A DNA stretch of 64,000 nt from Candidatus Eiseniibacteriota bacterium (GTDB lineage Bacteria > Eisenbacteria > RBG-16-71-46): contig JBGPFC010000004.1 in assembly GCA_041483195.1 (NCBI GenBank), positions 64,001 through 128,000 of the forward strand, in the 5' to 3' direction. The notes beneath the pieces are model-generated. The model saw nothing but the letters and a program-made list of their open reading frames with translations. It was not told the origin of the DNA and made no database searches. Position 1 is the stretch's first letter, and each line of letters opens with the position of its first letter. Below, piece after piece: positions 11,639 through 21,876 of the stretch. The translations under genes and the position numbers were made by a program.

Positions 11639-12282
11639 CGCGCCGCCCGGCCCGGAGCGGCCGCCGCCGCGAGCGTGGCGGGCAGCACCGCGGCGATCCG
11701 GGCGGAGAAATCGTCGAGCCTGCGCGCCGCGGCCGCCTCGTCGCCGCCCTGGATCGGAGTCTCGACCCGCACGAACGCTCCCCACGAGCGATTCTCGAGC
11801 GCGCCGCGCAGCGCCATCTGCCGGCGGAACGATGTGACGTCCATGGTGGTGAGCCCCGCGGTGGTCCACCAGTAGCGGACCAGGCGCCGGCGGCGGGGCG
11901 CGTCCGCGACGAAGCTGTTGACCCACAGGCCCTGCTCCGAACCGTCCGCGACCAGCGCCCGCGAGGGGCGCTCGACGACGTAGCCCTGCGATTCGTAGCA
12001 GACGCGCGGGTCGTGCGCCCCGTAGCGCCGGTTCTGATGGAACACGATGCACAGCCAGACCACGTCGCCGCCCCGCTCGTAGCGGCGGATCAGCAGGTCG
12101 TCGGACTGGAGCTCCTCGACGACCGCGTCCTCGAACGACAGCTCGATCCCGCTCCATGCTCCGAACACCGCGGGGACCGAACGCAGCGCTCCCCGCCCCA
12201 CCGCGAGATTGACCGGCGGGTGGAGCCACACGTACGCGCCGGTCGCGGCCAGCATCGCGAACACGATGGCGAAGCGCCTCAT
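11635..12282 (-). CDS. epsI: EpsI family exosortase-associated protein
   Basis: N-terminal TM helix, VPAVFGAWSG, RRYERG, HDPRVCYESQGY (the HxPxxCyxxxGw motif), LVRYWW. Follows the exosortase. Confidence 0.88.
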   Translation of the reverse strand: MRRFAIVFAMLAATGAYVWLHPPVNLAVGRGALRSVPAVFGAWSGIELSFEDAVVEELQSDDLLIRRYERGGDVVWLCIVFHQNRRYGAHDPRVCYESQGYVVERPSRALVADGSEQGLWVNSFVADAPRRRRLVRYWWTTAGLTTMDVTSFRRQMALRGALENRSWGAFVRVETPIQGGDEAAAARRLDDFSARIAAVLPATLAAAAAPGRAAR

Positions 12283-13166
12283 GACCGGGCGATCCTCCCG
12301 GGCGGGCCCGGCTCGAGCGCGGCCCGGACCGCGAACATCGCGAACAGCGCCACGACGTAGAGCAGCACGCCCGAGACGTCGTGGAGCGTCCGCGTCACAC
12401 GCGCGATGCCGGCGTAGTGCGCGACCAGGATGAGCAGGGTGATGCGCATCGCGTTCACGGCGATCGCAACTGGCACCGCCGCGAGGAAGAGCAATCCGCG
12501 CCGCCACCATGTGCCGCGCAGGTGCGCGGCCAGCAGCGCGCCGAGCCCGAGCAGCGCGATCAGCGAGCGCAACCCGCTGCACGGATGCTCGACGCGCAGC
12601 TCGCCGCTCGCGACGAACAGGCTCATGCCGCTGCGCTGAAGCTCCACGCCCAGCATCTCGGCGGCGCGGGTCGCGAGCCCCACCGCGATGTCCTTGAGTC
12701 CGAAGCTGACCTGGTTCACGAGCAGCGGAGGGAAGGTGAGCATGAACACCAGGTAGCCGATGGGAAGGGCGAGCACGCGGGTGCGCGCGGTGCCCAGGAA
12801 CGCGAGCGCGAGCCCGAACAGCATGAGGACGAACGAATCGCCCTGCAGCATGAGCACGTCGGAGCGGATGCCCGCGAGCTGCAGCGCGCAGGCCAGCCCC
12901 ACCAGCGCCACGCCCCGTCCGTCGCCGGCCGCGGGCGCGGCCGCGATCCGATGGCGCCGCATCCACACCAGCGCGAGCGAGACCAGCGGCACCAGCGGGC
13001 CGTGCGAGTAGTTGTCGTTGGTCGTCCACACGCCCCACAGGGCGATCGCGGTGCGGGAGTAGATCGCGATCAGCAGGGCGAGCAGCAGCGTCGCCCCCGC
13101 GGCCCGCGCCGCGCTCACCCCCGCCGGCGCGGCGGTCGCCCCCTGCGCGCCGGCCGTCATGACCAT
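12279..13166 (-). CDS. xrt: Exosortase (EpsH/Xrt family transpeptidase)
   Basis: W..DNYSHGPLVP, HPCSGLRSL (catalytic Cys), NAMRI (Arg), LHDVSG (His); multi-TM. Start at 13166 or 13160. Confidence 0.92.
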   Translation of the reverse strand: MVMTAGAQGATAAPAGVSAARAAGATLLLALLIAIYSRTAIALWGVWTTNDNYSHGPLVPLVSLALVWMRRHRIAAAPAAGDGRGVALVGLACALQLAGIRSDVLMLQGDSFVLMLFGLALAFLGTARTRVLALPIGYLVFMLTFPPLLVNQVSFGLKDIAVGLATRAAEMLGVELQRSGMSLFVASGELRVEHPCSGLRSLIALLGLGALLAAHLRGTWWRRGLLFLAAVPVAIAVNAMRITLLILVAHYAGIARVTRTLHDVSGVLLYVVALFAMFAVRAALEPGPPGRIARS

Positions 13167-13179
13167 CCGCCCCGGTCCA

Positions 13180-13794
13180 TCAGTACACCCCGCGGGACGA
13201 GACGAGCGTGATCGCCGTGCGCAGCATGATCGACAGGTCGAGCCGCCACCCGACGTGCTCCGCGTAATGCCGGTCGAGGCGCACCTTCTCATCGAGCGCG
13301 ATGTCGTCCCGGCCGTTGACCTGCGCCCACCCGGTGACGCCCGGCCGCAGCGCGTCAACCCCCGCCGCGCGTCGCATCGCGATGAGATCGTCCTGGTTGA
13401 AGAGCGCCGGCCGCGGCCCCACCAGCGCCATCTCGCCGCGAACGACGTTCCACAGCTGCGGCAGCTCATCGATGCTGAAGCGCCGGAGTACGCGGCCCGC
13501 GCGCGTCACGTGGCTCGCGCCCGGTCCCATCAGGTGCGAGGCGAGGTGCGGCGTCCCGACCCGCATGGTGCGGAACTTGAAGATCACGAACTCGCGCGAT
13601 CCGCGCCCGATGCGGCGCTGGCGGAACAGAGAGGGTCCTGGCGAATCGAGCCGCACCAGCACCGCGACCAGCGCCATCAGCGGCGAGCACACGACCAGCA
13701 GCGCGAGCGCGGTCGCGACGTCCAGCGCACGCTTCGCCGCGCCGTAGAACCCGCCAGGGCGCGGGACCACTTCGCTCGCACGCGCCCCGCTCAC
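13180..13794 (-). CDS. Priming undecaprenyl-phosphate sugar phosphotransferase (monotopic PGT, Bac_transf)
   Basis: KRALD, FRQRRIG, KFRTM, SIDELPQLWNV, GPRP, PGVTGWAQVNGRD all intact. Confidence 0.93.
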   Translation of the reverse strand: MSGARASEVVPRPGGFYGAAKRALDVATALALLVVCSPLMALVAVLVRLDSPGPSLFRQRRIGRGSREFVIFKFRTMRVGTPHLASHLMGPGASHVTRAGRVLRRFSIDELPQLWNVVRGEMALVGPRPALFNQDDLIAMRRAAGVDALRPGVTGWAQVNGRDDIALDEKVRLDRHYAEHVGWRLDLSIMLRTAITLVSSRGVY

Positions 13795-14828
13795 GACTCC
13801 GCCTCCTGCCCGCCCGCCCTCACCGAGCGGAATGCTGCCGCCACGCGCACCCGCGCGCTCCTCCACAGGGCCTCTGAGGCATTCGCCATCGCCCATCTCG
13901 CCCCGCCCCCCAGCCAGCAATGCATGGCGACCGGCGCGCCCAGCGGCCCGGTCACGTCGCGCTTGAAGAAAGTGTCGCCGCCCCAGTTGAGCCAGCGAAG
14001 GCCGCGATCGCGGGCGCGTCGCGCGGCCTCGTATGCGAGCAGCACGAAGGCCCCGGCGCGCCGCGCCTCGACGGTCGAGGCGGCGGCCCGGCTCTCGATC
14101 AGCGCTCCGGGACCGAGCGCGAAACCGAAACCCGAGCCCACCTCCTCGCCGCGCACCGCGAGCAGCAGCCACATCCACGGCAGCTCCCATTCGCGCCACC
14201 GCTCGCCGGGAGCGGGATCTGCGGCCGGCTCGGTCGCGATCGAGCGTCCATGACGCGCCTGGGTCTCGTGCTGCACGCGCTCGAACTTGCGGAGCCACGC
14301 GAGCTCCGACGTCTCGACGACGCGATAGCCCTCCCGCTCGGCGCGCCGGATGGCGCTGCGCTTGGTCTTGTCCATCGCGCGAATCAGCGCTTCGTCCGGC
14401 CGATCGATCGCGTGCAGCAGCGTCTTGCCCGCGAGGTAGCCCGGAATCCCGCGCGGCGGCGCGCATGGAAGGAAGCAACGCACGCGCTCGCCGCGCGTGC
14501 AGCGGGCGAGATGCGCGAACAGCAGGGCGGCCTCTTCGCTCGCGAGCGCGGCCGCGGGCGGACGGCCGGTCTGCTCGACCGCAACATGCCAGCGCCATGG
14601 CAATCCACTCACCCACACGCCGCGCTCGAATCGCGCGACGATCGCGCCCGTCACGGGCGGCTCGTGGACCAGCACCGCGATCGACGGCGTGCCGTGCCGC
14701 GCCTCCCACCGCATGAGATCCAGCCGCAACGAGTGATTCGCGAAGGGCAGGCGCGCGACGCATGCGTCCCACGCGCTCTCGAACGCCGGCTCCAGCGGCG
14801 TCTCGCTGTGCCAGGAGAGCACGCTCAC
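13791..14828 (-). CDS. GNAT/FemAB-like acyltransferase of the EPS cluster
   Basis: KTKRSAIRRAEREG, GLRWLNWGGDTFFKR; FemAB/Acetyltransf_6-like pattern. Confidence 0.7.
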   Translation of the reverse strand: MSVLSWHSETPLEPAFESAWDACVARLPFANHSLRLDLMRWEARHGTPSIAVLVHEPPVTGAIVARFERGVWVSGLPWRWHVAVEQTGRPPAAALASEEAALLFAHLARCTRGERVRCFLPCAPPRGIPGYLAGKTLLHAIDRPDEALIRAMDKTKRSAIRRAEREGYRVVETSELAWLRKFERVQHETQARHGRSIATEPAADPAPGERWREWELPWMWLLLAVRGEEVGSGFGFALGPGALIESRAAASTVEARRAGAFVLLAYEAARRARDRGLRWLNWGGDTFFKRDVTGPLGAPVAMHCWLGGGARWAMANASEALWRSARVRVAAAFRSVRAGGQEAES

Positions 14829-14901
14829 GCTCGCCTCGCGAATTCGGGGGCGCGCATCATCCGCCGCTTCACGTGCCGCTCACGCGCCGGCATGCCGCTC
14901 G

Positions 14902-16050
14902 TCACCCGAGCCCGTTCGCGTCTCGAGCCCGGACCCCGCGTCGCGCCAGCTCCGCCCGGTACAGCGCCTCGGTCTCGCGCACCATGCGCTCCGCCGTGTA
15001 GCGCTCGGCCCACCTCGCCCGGCCCGCCGCGCCCATCGCATCGGCGCGGGCGCGATCCGAGAGCAGCGCGTGAAGCGCCTCCGCGAGCGCGGTGGCGTCG
15101 CCGGGTTCGACCAGCAGGCCGGTGCTTCCGTCCGCGACCGCCTCGGCATTCCCCCCGGCGCGCGTCGCCACCACCGGTCGCCCGGCGCGCATCGCCTCCA
15201 GCAGCGTGATGGAAAGCCCTTCGCGGCGCGAAGACAGCACGAACACGTCGGCCGCCGCGATCAGGTCGGCGGCGTCGATCCGCGCGCCGAGCAGCCGCAC
15301 GCTGTCGCCGAGCCCGAGGCGCTTCGCCTGATCCGCCAGCGCGCCGCGCAACGGCCCGTCGCCCGCGATCAGCAGGCGTGCATCCGGCAGGCGGGCGCCG
15401 ACGCGGGCGAATGCATCGAGCAGGAGGTCCTGCGCCTTCTGCCGGGTCAGGCTGCCCACGGTGAGCAGCACCGGCTGCGCCTCGCCGAGCAAGAGCCCCG
15501 CGCGCGTCGCGTCACGCGGGCGCGCGCCCGGCGCTGGCGAGATGCCGTTCGCCACCGTCACGAAGCGCTTCGCCGCCCACCGCAGGCGGCGCACGTGGCT
15601 CTCGCGCACAGCATCGCACACGCACACCACGCGTCGCGTCATCGCGGTGGTCACCATCTCCAGCAGCGGATAGAGCCCGGAATGCCGGCCGGCGTAGTGG
15701 ATGCTGTGCTCGGTGCGCAGCACCACCGGCACCCCGGCCCATGCCGCGGCGAGCGTTGCGTAGAGTGCGCCGGTCGGGTTGTGGCCGTTCACAACGTCCA
15801 CCCGCTCCTCGCGCATCAGCCCCGCGAGCCGGCGCAGCGCGAACGCCCGCCGCCCGAGCTTGCCGAGCATGAAGGTGCGCGCGCCCAGGCGTTCTGCCGC
15901 CTCGAGCGCCGGTCCGCCGCGATTGAGGGCGCAGACCATGCTCTCGACGTCCGGGCCAGCGTGGCGCACGTGCTCGACGATCACCGACTCCGCGCCGCCC
16001 ATCTGCATCGCCTCGATCACGTGCAGCACCCGCATGCGGACCGCGCTCAC
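14902..16050 (-). CDS. Glycosyltransferase family 4
   Basis: GGAE, HNP, SLTRQKAQ, FVLSSRREGLSITLLEAM. Confidence 0.92.
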   Translation of the reverse strand: MSAVRMRVLHVIEAMQMGGAESVIVEHVRHAGPDVESMVCALNRGGPALEAAERLGARTFMLGKLGRRAFALRRLAGLMREERVDVVNGHNPTGALYATLAAAWAGVPVVLRTEHSIHYAGRHSGLYPLLEMVTTAMTRRVVCVCDAVRESHVRRLRWAAKRFVTVANGISPAPGARPRDATRAGLLLGEAQPVLLTVGSLTRQKAQDLLLDAFARVGARLPDARLLIAGDGPLRGALADQAKRLGLGDSVRLLGARIDAADLIAAADVFVLSSRREGLSITLLEAMRAGRPVVATRAGGNAEAVADGSTGLLVEPGDATALAEALHALLSDRARADAMGAAGRARWAERYTAERMVRETEALYRAELARRGVRARDANGLG

Positions 16051-17282
16051 GACCCGGCCCCCGCCGGCCGCGCCGCGCGGCCGCCGCCGGCGAACAACGC
16101 GTAGAGCCGCTCGAAATTGCGATCCGCGTCGAAGGCATCGGCCACGCTCGAGCGCGCAGCATCGCTCATCCGGTCGATCCGCGCGGGCTCGCGGATCAGC
16201 GCCTCGATCGCGTCAGCGAGCGCGACGGGATCCTCGGGCGGCACGAGCCAGCCGGTCTCGCCGTGGACGATCGCCTCCTCGAGCCCCGCGGCGCGCGCGC
16301 CGACGCATGGCAGCCCCATCGCCAGCGCCTCGACGATGACGTTCGGAATCCCGTCGCGCCGGCCGTTCGCGAGCACGCGGCTCGGCGCCAGCAGCAGCCA
16401 CGCGCGCCGGTAGAGCGGCAACAACTCGGTCTGAGCGATCCAGCCGCGGATCTCGACCTGCGGCGCGACGCCGCCCTCGCGAGCGAGCCGCTCGAGGCGC
16501 GGCCGTTCCGGCCCGTCGCCCACGAACATCACGCGCGGCCTGATCCCGCGGCGCGCGAGCACGGCAAGCGCCTCGACCGCGAGATCGAATCCCTTGGTCT
16601 CGGCGAGCCGGCCCACCGCGACCAGCAGCGGTTCCGGATCGCGCGCGCGTCCCACTCCGTTGAAGCGCGAGCGATCCACGCCATGGTAGATCCACTCGAT
16701 GCGCGCGCCGTCCCCCGCGAGCGCGCGCAGCATGTCTGCGTTGCCGCGCACGCAGGTCGCGACGAAATCCGCGGCCCGCGCCTTCTGCGCGAGGAAGGCC
16801 TGGGTGCGGTAGAGATCGGAGCCGGCGTGACCCGCCATGCTGAACCTGCACCCGGTGAGCCGCGCGGCGAGATAGGCAACGGTGGCCGGAAAATGCGCCC
16901 AGGCGCCGTGCACGCGCTCCGCGCCATCGGCCTCGATCAGCGTCGCGACCCGCGCCGCTGCGGGCAGGTACCCGAGGTGGCCGGCGAGCGCGTACAGGCT
17001 GCCGCGCGACGCCCACAGCAGGCGCGCGACCTCCGGCACCAGCACCCGCGGGCGGCGCATCAGCCACCCGAGGAGCGCGGCCCACGAGCGCGGATCGAGC
17101 GGCGAGCCGACGCACACCGTGATCGGCAGCAGCGCCGCGTACTCCGGCTGAAAGTTGGCGCGCAGCGGGCGCAGCGTGTAAACGCGCACCGCCACGCCGC
17201 GCCGGCGCAGGCGGAGGATCTCGTTCTCGATGAACGCCGCGAAGGTGGGAAACGTCGTCGTGACGTATGCGATCGGCTTCAC
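16047..17282 (-). CDS. Glycosyltransferase family 4 (WcaL-like)
   Basis: VKPIAYVTTTFP..FIENEI, VGRLAETKG, RDGIPNVIVEALA. GTG 17282 overlaps the upstream stop. Confidence 0.9.
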   Translation of the reverse strand: MKPIAYVTTTFPTFAAFIENEILRLRRRGVAVRVYTLRPLRANFQPEYAALLPITVCVGSPLDPRSWAALLGWLMRRPRVLVPEVARLLWASRGSLYALAGHLGYLPAAARVATLIEADGAERVHGAWAHFPATVAYLAARLTGCRFSMAGHAGSDLYRTQAFLAQKARAADFVATCVRGNADMLRALAGDGARIEWIYHGVDRSRFNGVGRARDPEPLLVAVGRLAETKGFDLAVEALAVLARRGIRPRVMFVGDGPERPRLERLAREGGVAPQVEIRGWIAQTELLPLYRRAWLLLAPSRVLANGRRDGIPNVIVEALAMGLPCVGARAAGLEEAIVHGETGWLVPPEDPVALADAIEALIREPARIDRMSDAARSSVADAFDADRNFERLYALFAGGGRAARPAGAGS

Positions 17283-18409
17283 CGCGCCTCCCCTCCCGCG
17301 GCCCCGATGTAGAACGCCTCGTGAGCGCGCACCATCGCCTCGATGCTGAGGCGCTCGACCACCGCACGGTGCGCCGCGGCCCCGCGCCGCGCCGCCTCGG
17401 CGGGATCGCGCAGCGCGGATTCGATCGCGGTCGCGAGCGCCTCCGGCTCGCCGGGCGGCACCAGCCACCCGGTCACGCCGTCCTGCATCACCTCGGGGGT
17501 GCCGCCCACCGCGGTGGCGATCGAGGGTCGCGATGCGGCCATCGCCTCGAGCAGCGCGTTGGGAATCCCTTCCTCGCGCGAGGAGAGGACGAATACGTCC
17601 ATCGCAGGGAGCAGGCGCTCGACGTCCCCCCGCTCGCCGAGGAACCGCACGCGCGAGCCGAGGCCCAGCGCGCGCGCCCGCGATTCCAGCGCCGCGCGCT
17701 CCGGCCCCTCGCCGACCAGCGCCAGCTCCGGTTCGATTCCGCGCCGCGCGAGCGCGGCCAGCGCCTCCAGCAGCGTGCCGTAGTCCTTGCGCGGCGCGAG
17801 GCAGCCCACGCTCCCGATCACGGCGCCGCTTCCGTTCACGCCGAGCGCGGAGCGATCGGGCGCGGCGGCCGCGAAGCGCGCGGCGTCCACGCCGTTGGGG
17901 ATGACCGTGATGCGTTCGCGCGGAACGCCGAGCGCGACGACGGTCTCGGCCACCGCCTCGCTCACCGCCGTCACGTGGGTGGCGAGCCGGTGCGTGAAGC
18001 GCTGCACCCGGGCCTGGCGCGGCGTCTCGAACGCATCGATGTTGCGCTTCGCGACCGCGATCACGCGCACGCCCGCACATCTTCCGGCGAGCACCGCGAA
18101 CAGGTTGGGTCCGAACAGATAGCCGTGGATCACGTCGGGACGGAAGCTCAGCACGAGGTGGAGCAGGCGCAGGAGTCCGCGTGCGCCCGATGCGTCGTAC
18201 ACGCGCCGCCCGACGCCCAGCACCCGCACCGGCCATCCCAGCGCTGCGACCTCCCCGGCGAACTGGCCTTCGTTGCGGAAGCAGGCGATCTCGACCTCGA
18301 AGCGCGAGCGGTCGATGCGCCGCCAGAGCTCGAGCAGGTGGCGCTCGGCCCCTCCGGCCACGAAATTGCCGACCACGAACAGCACGCGCAGTCGCGCGCG
18401 GGCGCTCAT
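17279..18409 (-). CDS. Glycosyltransferase family 4
   Basis: GGAERHL, VIPNGVD, RKDY, SSREEGIPNALLEAM. Confidence 0.92.
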   Translation of the reverse strand: MSARARLRVLFVVGNFVAGGAERHLLELWRRIDRSRFEVEIACFRNEGQFAGEVAALGWPVRVLGVGRRVYDASGARGLLRLLHLVLSFRPDVIHGYLFGPNLFAVLAGRCAGVRVIAVAKRNIDAFETPRQARVQRFTHRLATHVTAVSEAVAETVVALGVPRERITVIPNGVDAARFAAAAPDRSALGVNGSGAVIGSVGCLAPRKDYGTLLEALAALARRGIEPELALVGEGPERAALESRARALGLGSRVRFLGERGDVERLLPAMDVFVLSSREEGIPNALLEAMAASRPSIATAVGGTPEVMQDGVTGWLVPPGEPEALATAIESALRDPAEAARRGAAAHRAVVERLSIEAMVRAHEAFYIGAAGGEAR

Positions 18410-19419
18410 GGCTGCGGCCCGGTCCCGCGCAGGCGGTCGAACGCGCCGTCGAGCTCCGCGCGCGCCAGCCGCCGCGAGAAGCGCCCGTCGGGGCCGAGGC
18501 ACGCGCCATCCGAGAGGCCGCGCCGCGGGAGCTCGAAACGCGCCGCCGCCGGAGCGACGTCGCCGGCGCGCGTCGTGACCGCGTATTCGAGACCGCGCGC
18601 CCGGGCGATCGCGACGCTCGCCGCGTCGTAGTCGCCCCCGGGATAGGCGAGCCCGCGCGGTCGCACGCCCAGCCGCCGCTCGATCCGATCGATCGAACCC
18701 GCGATCTCGCGATCCTGCGCGGGACGATCGAGCAGGCTCAGGAACGGATGACTCAACGTGTGGGCGCCGAGCTCCATGCCGGCCTCGGCCAGTCGCGTCG
18801 CCTGATCCCAGGTCGCGAGCTCGCACGGCGCCGGGTCGCGCACCTCCAACCGTTCGCGCAGCGCATCGAGCGCCGCGCGCTGGGTGGCCGGTTCGCTCCG
18901 CAGCCCGGGCAGCAGCGCGCGCAGCGCGCGCGCGCGCGACCCCGGATCGCGGAGCGGGAGCGCTGCGGCCCGGCTCCCGCGATCGATCGCGGGAATCTCC
19001 GCGGCGCGCGTCGCCTCGAGCGCGTGCGCCAGCTCGTCCCACCATGGCGCGCGGCGCTCGTCGATGAGCCCGGCCGCGAGGTAGAACGTGGCGCGCGCGC
19101 CGCGCGCGCTCAGCAGCGGCAGGGCGCGCGTGACGTTGTCGGCGTACCCGTCGTCGAAGCTCATCGCGACGCGATGCCCCGGCTCGCCTGCGCCGAGGGC
19201 GGCGAGGCCCTCCGCGACCGTGACCGGGGTCATCCCGAGCGCGACCAGCATGTCGAGCTGCGCCGCGAGCACGCTCTCGCTCACCCCCAGCCGGTAGAGC
19301 GGCCGCTCGCCGTCACCATACACGCGGTGATGGCGGACGATCGTGAGCCGCGGCCCGGCGGCGCCGTTCCGCGCGCGCGGGGCGAGGCTCATGATCCAGC
19401 GGATCGCGCGCCCGCTCAC
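18406..19419 (-). CDS. Polysaccharide deacetylase (NodB-like)
   Basis: HHRV, SFDDGYADN, GAHTLSHP, LAYPGG. Confidence 0.9.
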   Translation of the reverse strand: MSGRAIRWIMSLAPRARNGAAGPRLTIVRHHRVYGDGERPLYRLGVSESVLAAQLDMLVALGMTPVTVAEGLAALGAGEPGHRVAMSFDDGYADNVTRALPLLSARGARATFYLAAGLIDERRAPWWDELAHALEATRAAEIPAIDRGSRAAALPLRDPGSRARALRALLPGLRSEPATQRAALDALRERLEVRDPAPCELATWDQATRLAEAGMELGAHTLSHPFLSLLDRPAQDREIAGSIDRIERRLGVRPRGLAYPGGDYDAASVAIARARGLEYAVTTRAGDVAPAAARFELPRRGLSDGACLGPDGRFSRRLARAELDGAFDRLRGTGPQP

Positions 19420-20858
19420 GCCGCGGATCCTTTCGACTCGTCCACGATGTCGCTCGCGAGGGCGCACAGCAGCCAGAAATTCCCGGTGATGACGATCGGG
19501 AAGAAGCGGTCGCCGAACGCGCAGCAGGCGGCGAGCGTGAGCGTCGCCCCCATCAGGCCCACGCCCAGCTGGCGATCGAACGGCGAAGCCGCGCGCCGCG
19601 CCGCATCGCGCGCGAGCGCGAGACACTTCCAGAGCAGCCACAGGAAGAATGCGAGGCCGAAGATCCCCATCTCGCCGAGGAAGCGCAGGTAGGTGTTGTG
19701 GGCCGAGTCCTTCACCTCCACGCCGAGCGCGGTGCCGGTCTCGGGCAGCACGTAGCCGAGACCCGCGAACCCGACGCCATCCAGCGGGTGGCTGGTCACG
19801 ACCTCGAGGATCGCGCGCCAGGTATCGATCCGCAGCTGCGATGAGGATTCGAGCGTCGTCGCGTCCTCATCGCCGCTCTCGACCTGGGTGTGCAGGATGC
19901 GGTCCTTCACGTAGTCGGGCGTCCAGAGCGGCGAGGTCAGGAGCACGGCGAGCACCACGAAGGTGAGCACGCGCGAGCTGCGGAAGGCGACGAACAGCAA
20001 TCCCACGCCGAGCGCTGCGATCGCGCCCCGCGACACCGTGAACAGCACCGCGACCGTCCCGGCGACGACCGCCCCCGTGATCAGCAGCTTCCCGACCAGC
20101 CGGCGCGTCCCGGGAACCAGCGCGGCCGCGAACACCGTGAAGATCGCGAGGAACGCGCCCAGATCGTTGGACTGCCCGAACGAGCCGGTCGCCCGCCCGG
20201 CATGGCCGCTGCGGCCATAGAGGATCGTCACGATCGCCTCGGCGGCGAGTCCCACGACCACCGCGGCGCTCAGCATGCGTCGATCCTTCGGGCCGCGGGT
20301 CATCGCGTAGCCGATGAAATAGCACATGAACGTCATGCTGGTGCGGAACCACTGGAGGCCCGCGTCGGTCGCGTCGTATCGATAACCGGTGGGAAACGCC
20401 GCGCCGCGCAACACCGCGAGGCCGGTCATGAGGATCAGGCCCGAGAGCAGCAGATCGAGCGGGCCGCGCCGGAAGAACCACTGGCCGCGCGCCACGCGCG
20501 ACACCGCCCAGAACGAGAACACCGAGAACAGCAGCAGGTTCACGGGGTTCACGCCCGGAATCGGCACCTTCGGAATCCAGGGCAGGAACGGGGTGAGCAC
20601 CGGCAGCGCGAACAGTCCGACCCGCGGCCACACCACCATGCCCGCGAGCAGGCCCGCCCCGAGCAGGATCTTCACGAGCCGATGCGCGTCCTGCCCGAAA
20701 CGGTAGTCGAGCAAGACGAAGAGCGCGACGATCGCCACGCCGGCCGCGGAACCGCCCAGCACGATGAACCCGACCGGCATCGCGCGGGCGTGACGGCGCG
20801 CGGTCTCGCGCGCCTCGCGGACGGTGGAGCCGGGTGAGATGGGGGGATCGAGGGTCAT
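19416..20858 (-). CDS. O-antigen ligase/Wzy polymerase family membrane protein
   Basis: About 12 TM helices, RATGSFGQSNDLG, TVSRGA, RIDTW, HPLDGVG, AHNTYL. Confidence 0.88.
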   Translation of the reverse strand: MTLDPPISPGSTVREARETARRHARAMPVGFIVLGGSAAGVAIVALFVLLDYRFGQDAHRLVKILLGAGLLAGMVVWPRVGLFALPVLTPFLPWIPKVPIPGVNPVNLLLFSVFSFWAVSRVARGQWFFRRGPLDLLLSGLILMTGLAVLRGAAFPTGYRYDATDAGLQWFRTSMTFMCYFIGYAMTRGPKDRRMLSAAVVVGLAAEAIVTILYGRSGHAGRATGSFGQSNDLGAFLAIFTVFAAALVPGTRRLVGKLLITGAVVAGTVAVLFTVSRGAIAALGVGLLFVAFRSSRVLTFVVLAVLLTSPLWTPDYVKDRILHTQVESGDEDATTLESSSQLRIDTWRAILEVVTSHPLDGVGFAGLGYVLPETGTALGVEVKDSAHNTYLRFLGEMGIFGLAFFLWLLWKCLALARDAARRAASPFDRQLGVGLMGATLTLAACCAFGDRFFPIVITGNFWLLCALASDIVDESKGSAA

Positions 20859-21874
20859 GCCGGCTTCTCCGCCTCGCGCGATGAACGGAGCACGACGCGC
20901 CGCTGCCGCCCGAGCGGCGCCGCGATTCCCTCGCGCGCCCAGCGCTGCCGGCGGAGCCCCGCGCGCCAGCCGGAAGGCAGCAGGCTCGCCGCCCACGCCG
21001 CGCTCACCGCGACCGCGCGCTCCGGGAAGATCCACGCGAGCTTGAGCCAGCGCCGGCACTCGTCCGCGCGCCCCTCGCGCATCGCCGCGATCGCGAGCTT
21101 GTAGTGCGCGAGCGCCGCGCGTCGCCGCGCGCGGCGGCGCAGCCCGGCCGGGAGCGTCCCGTCATCCGCGAGCCGCCGGAACAGGATGGCGTTCCCGGTG
21201 AGCCGCGCCTCGAGCTGGCGCGTGAGACCGCCCACGCGATGCTGGTAGCGCACCAGCGCGCGGGACGAGCCGGCCGCCGGGCCGCGGCGCGCGAGACGGA
21301 TCCAGAGATCCAGGTCCTCCGCGTGCGTCATGTCCTCGCGAAATCCGTCGAGCGCATCGATCGCGTCCCGGCGCACGATCACCGACGACGTCAGGACGAA
21401 GTTGACCTCGAACAGCTCGGCGAGCGGCGACCCCAGATAGTGCGGATCGAGCACGGCGTAGTGCGCGAGCCAGGATGGCTCGAGCACCCCCTCCAGCGTG
21501 CGGAAGGCGCCGTCGCTGAAGAACCACAGGGCCCGGGGCGCCGCCGCGAGCGCGGCGCCCGCGGTCTCGAGCTTGTCGGGAAACCAGAGATCGTCTGCAT
21601 CGAGGAACGCGACCCACGGCGAGCGCGCCGCGCGCCATCCCGCGTTGCGCGCGGCGGCGGCGGAGCCGAAGCGCCCGCGCACCACGCGCACCCGGTCGCC
21701 ATACCTTCGCTCGACGGCGTCGCCGGTGCCGTCTCCAGAGTCATCGTCCACCACCACCACCTCGGCCGGGGCGAGTGACTGCTCGAGCGCTGAGGCCACC
21801 GCTTCGATCACGTCGGGCATTCCATCGTGCGCCGGGATCACGGCGGCGACGCGAAACTCCGTGGCGGTCGCCAT
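20855..21874 (-). CDS. Glycosyltransferase family 2
   Basis: VIPAHD, VVVDDDSGDGT, AARNAG, FLDADD, EDLDLWIRL. Confidence 0.92.
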   Translation of the reverse strand: MATATEFRVAAVIPAHDGMPDVIEAVASALEQSLAPAEVVVVDDDSGDGTGDAVERRYGDRVRVVRGRFGSAAAARNAGWRAARSPWVAFLDADDLWFPDKLETAGAALAAAPRALWFFSDGAFRTLEGVLEPSWLAHYAVLDPHYLGSPLAELFEVNFVLTSSVIVRRDAIDALDGFREDMTHAEDLDLWIRLARRGPAAGSSRALVRYQHRVGGLTRQLEARLTGNAILFRRLADDGTLPAGLRRRARRRAALAHYKLAIAAMREGRADECRRWLKLAWIFPERAVAVSAAWAASLLPSGWRAGLRRQRWAREGIAAPLGRQRRVVLRSSREAEKPA

Positions 21875-21876
21875 CG

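Noticed and set aside
7188..11837. Very long antisense or alternate-frame ORFs (7188-11837, 23468-26899, 55534-58818, 61148-63631 and many others)
   Set aside because: Shadow ORFs opposite clearly recognisable genes; Arg/Ala/Pro-rich with no motifs, as expected at this GC content.
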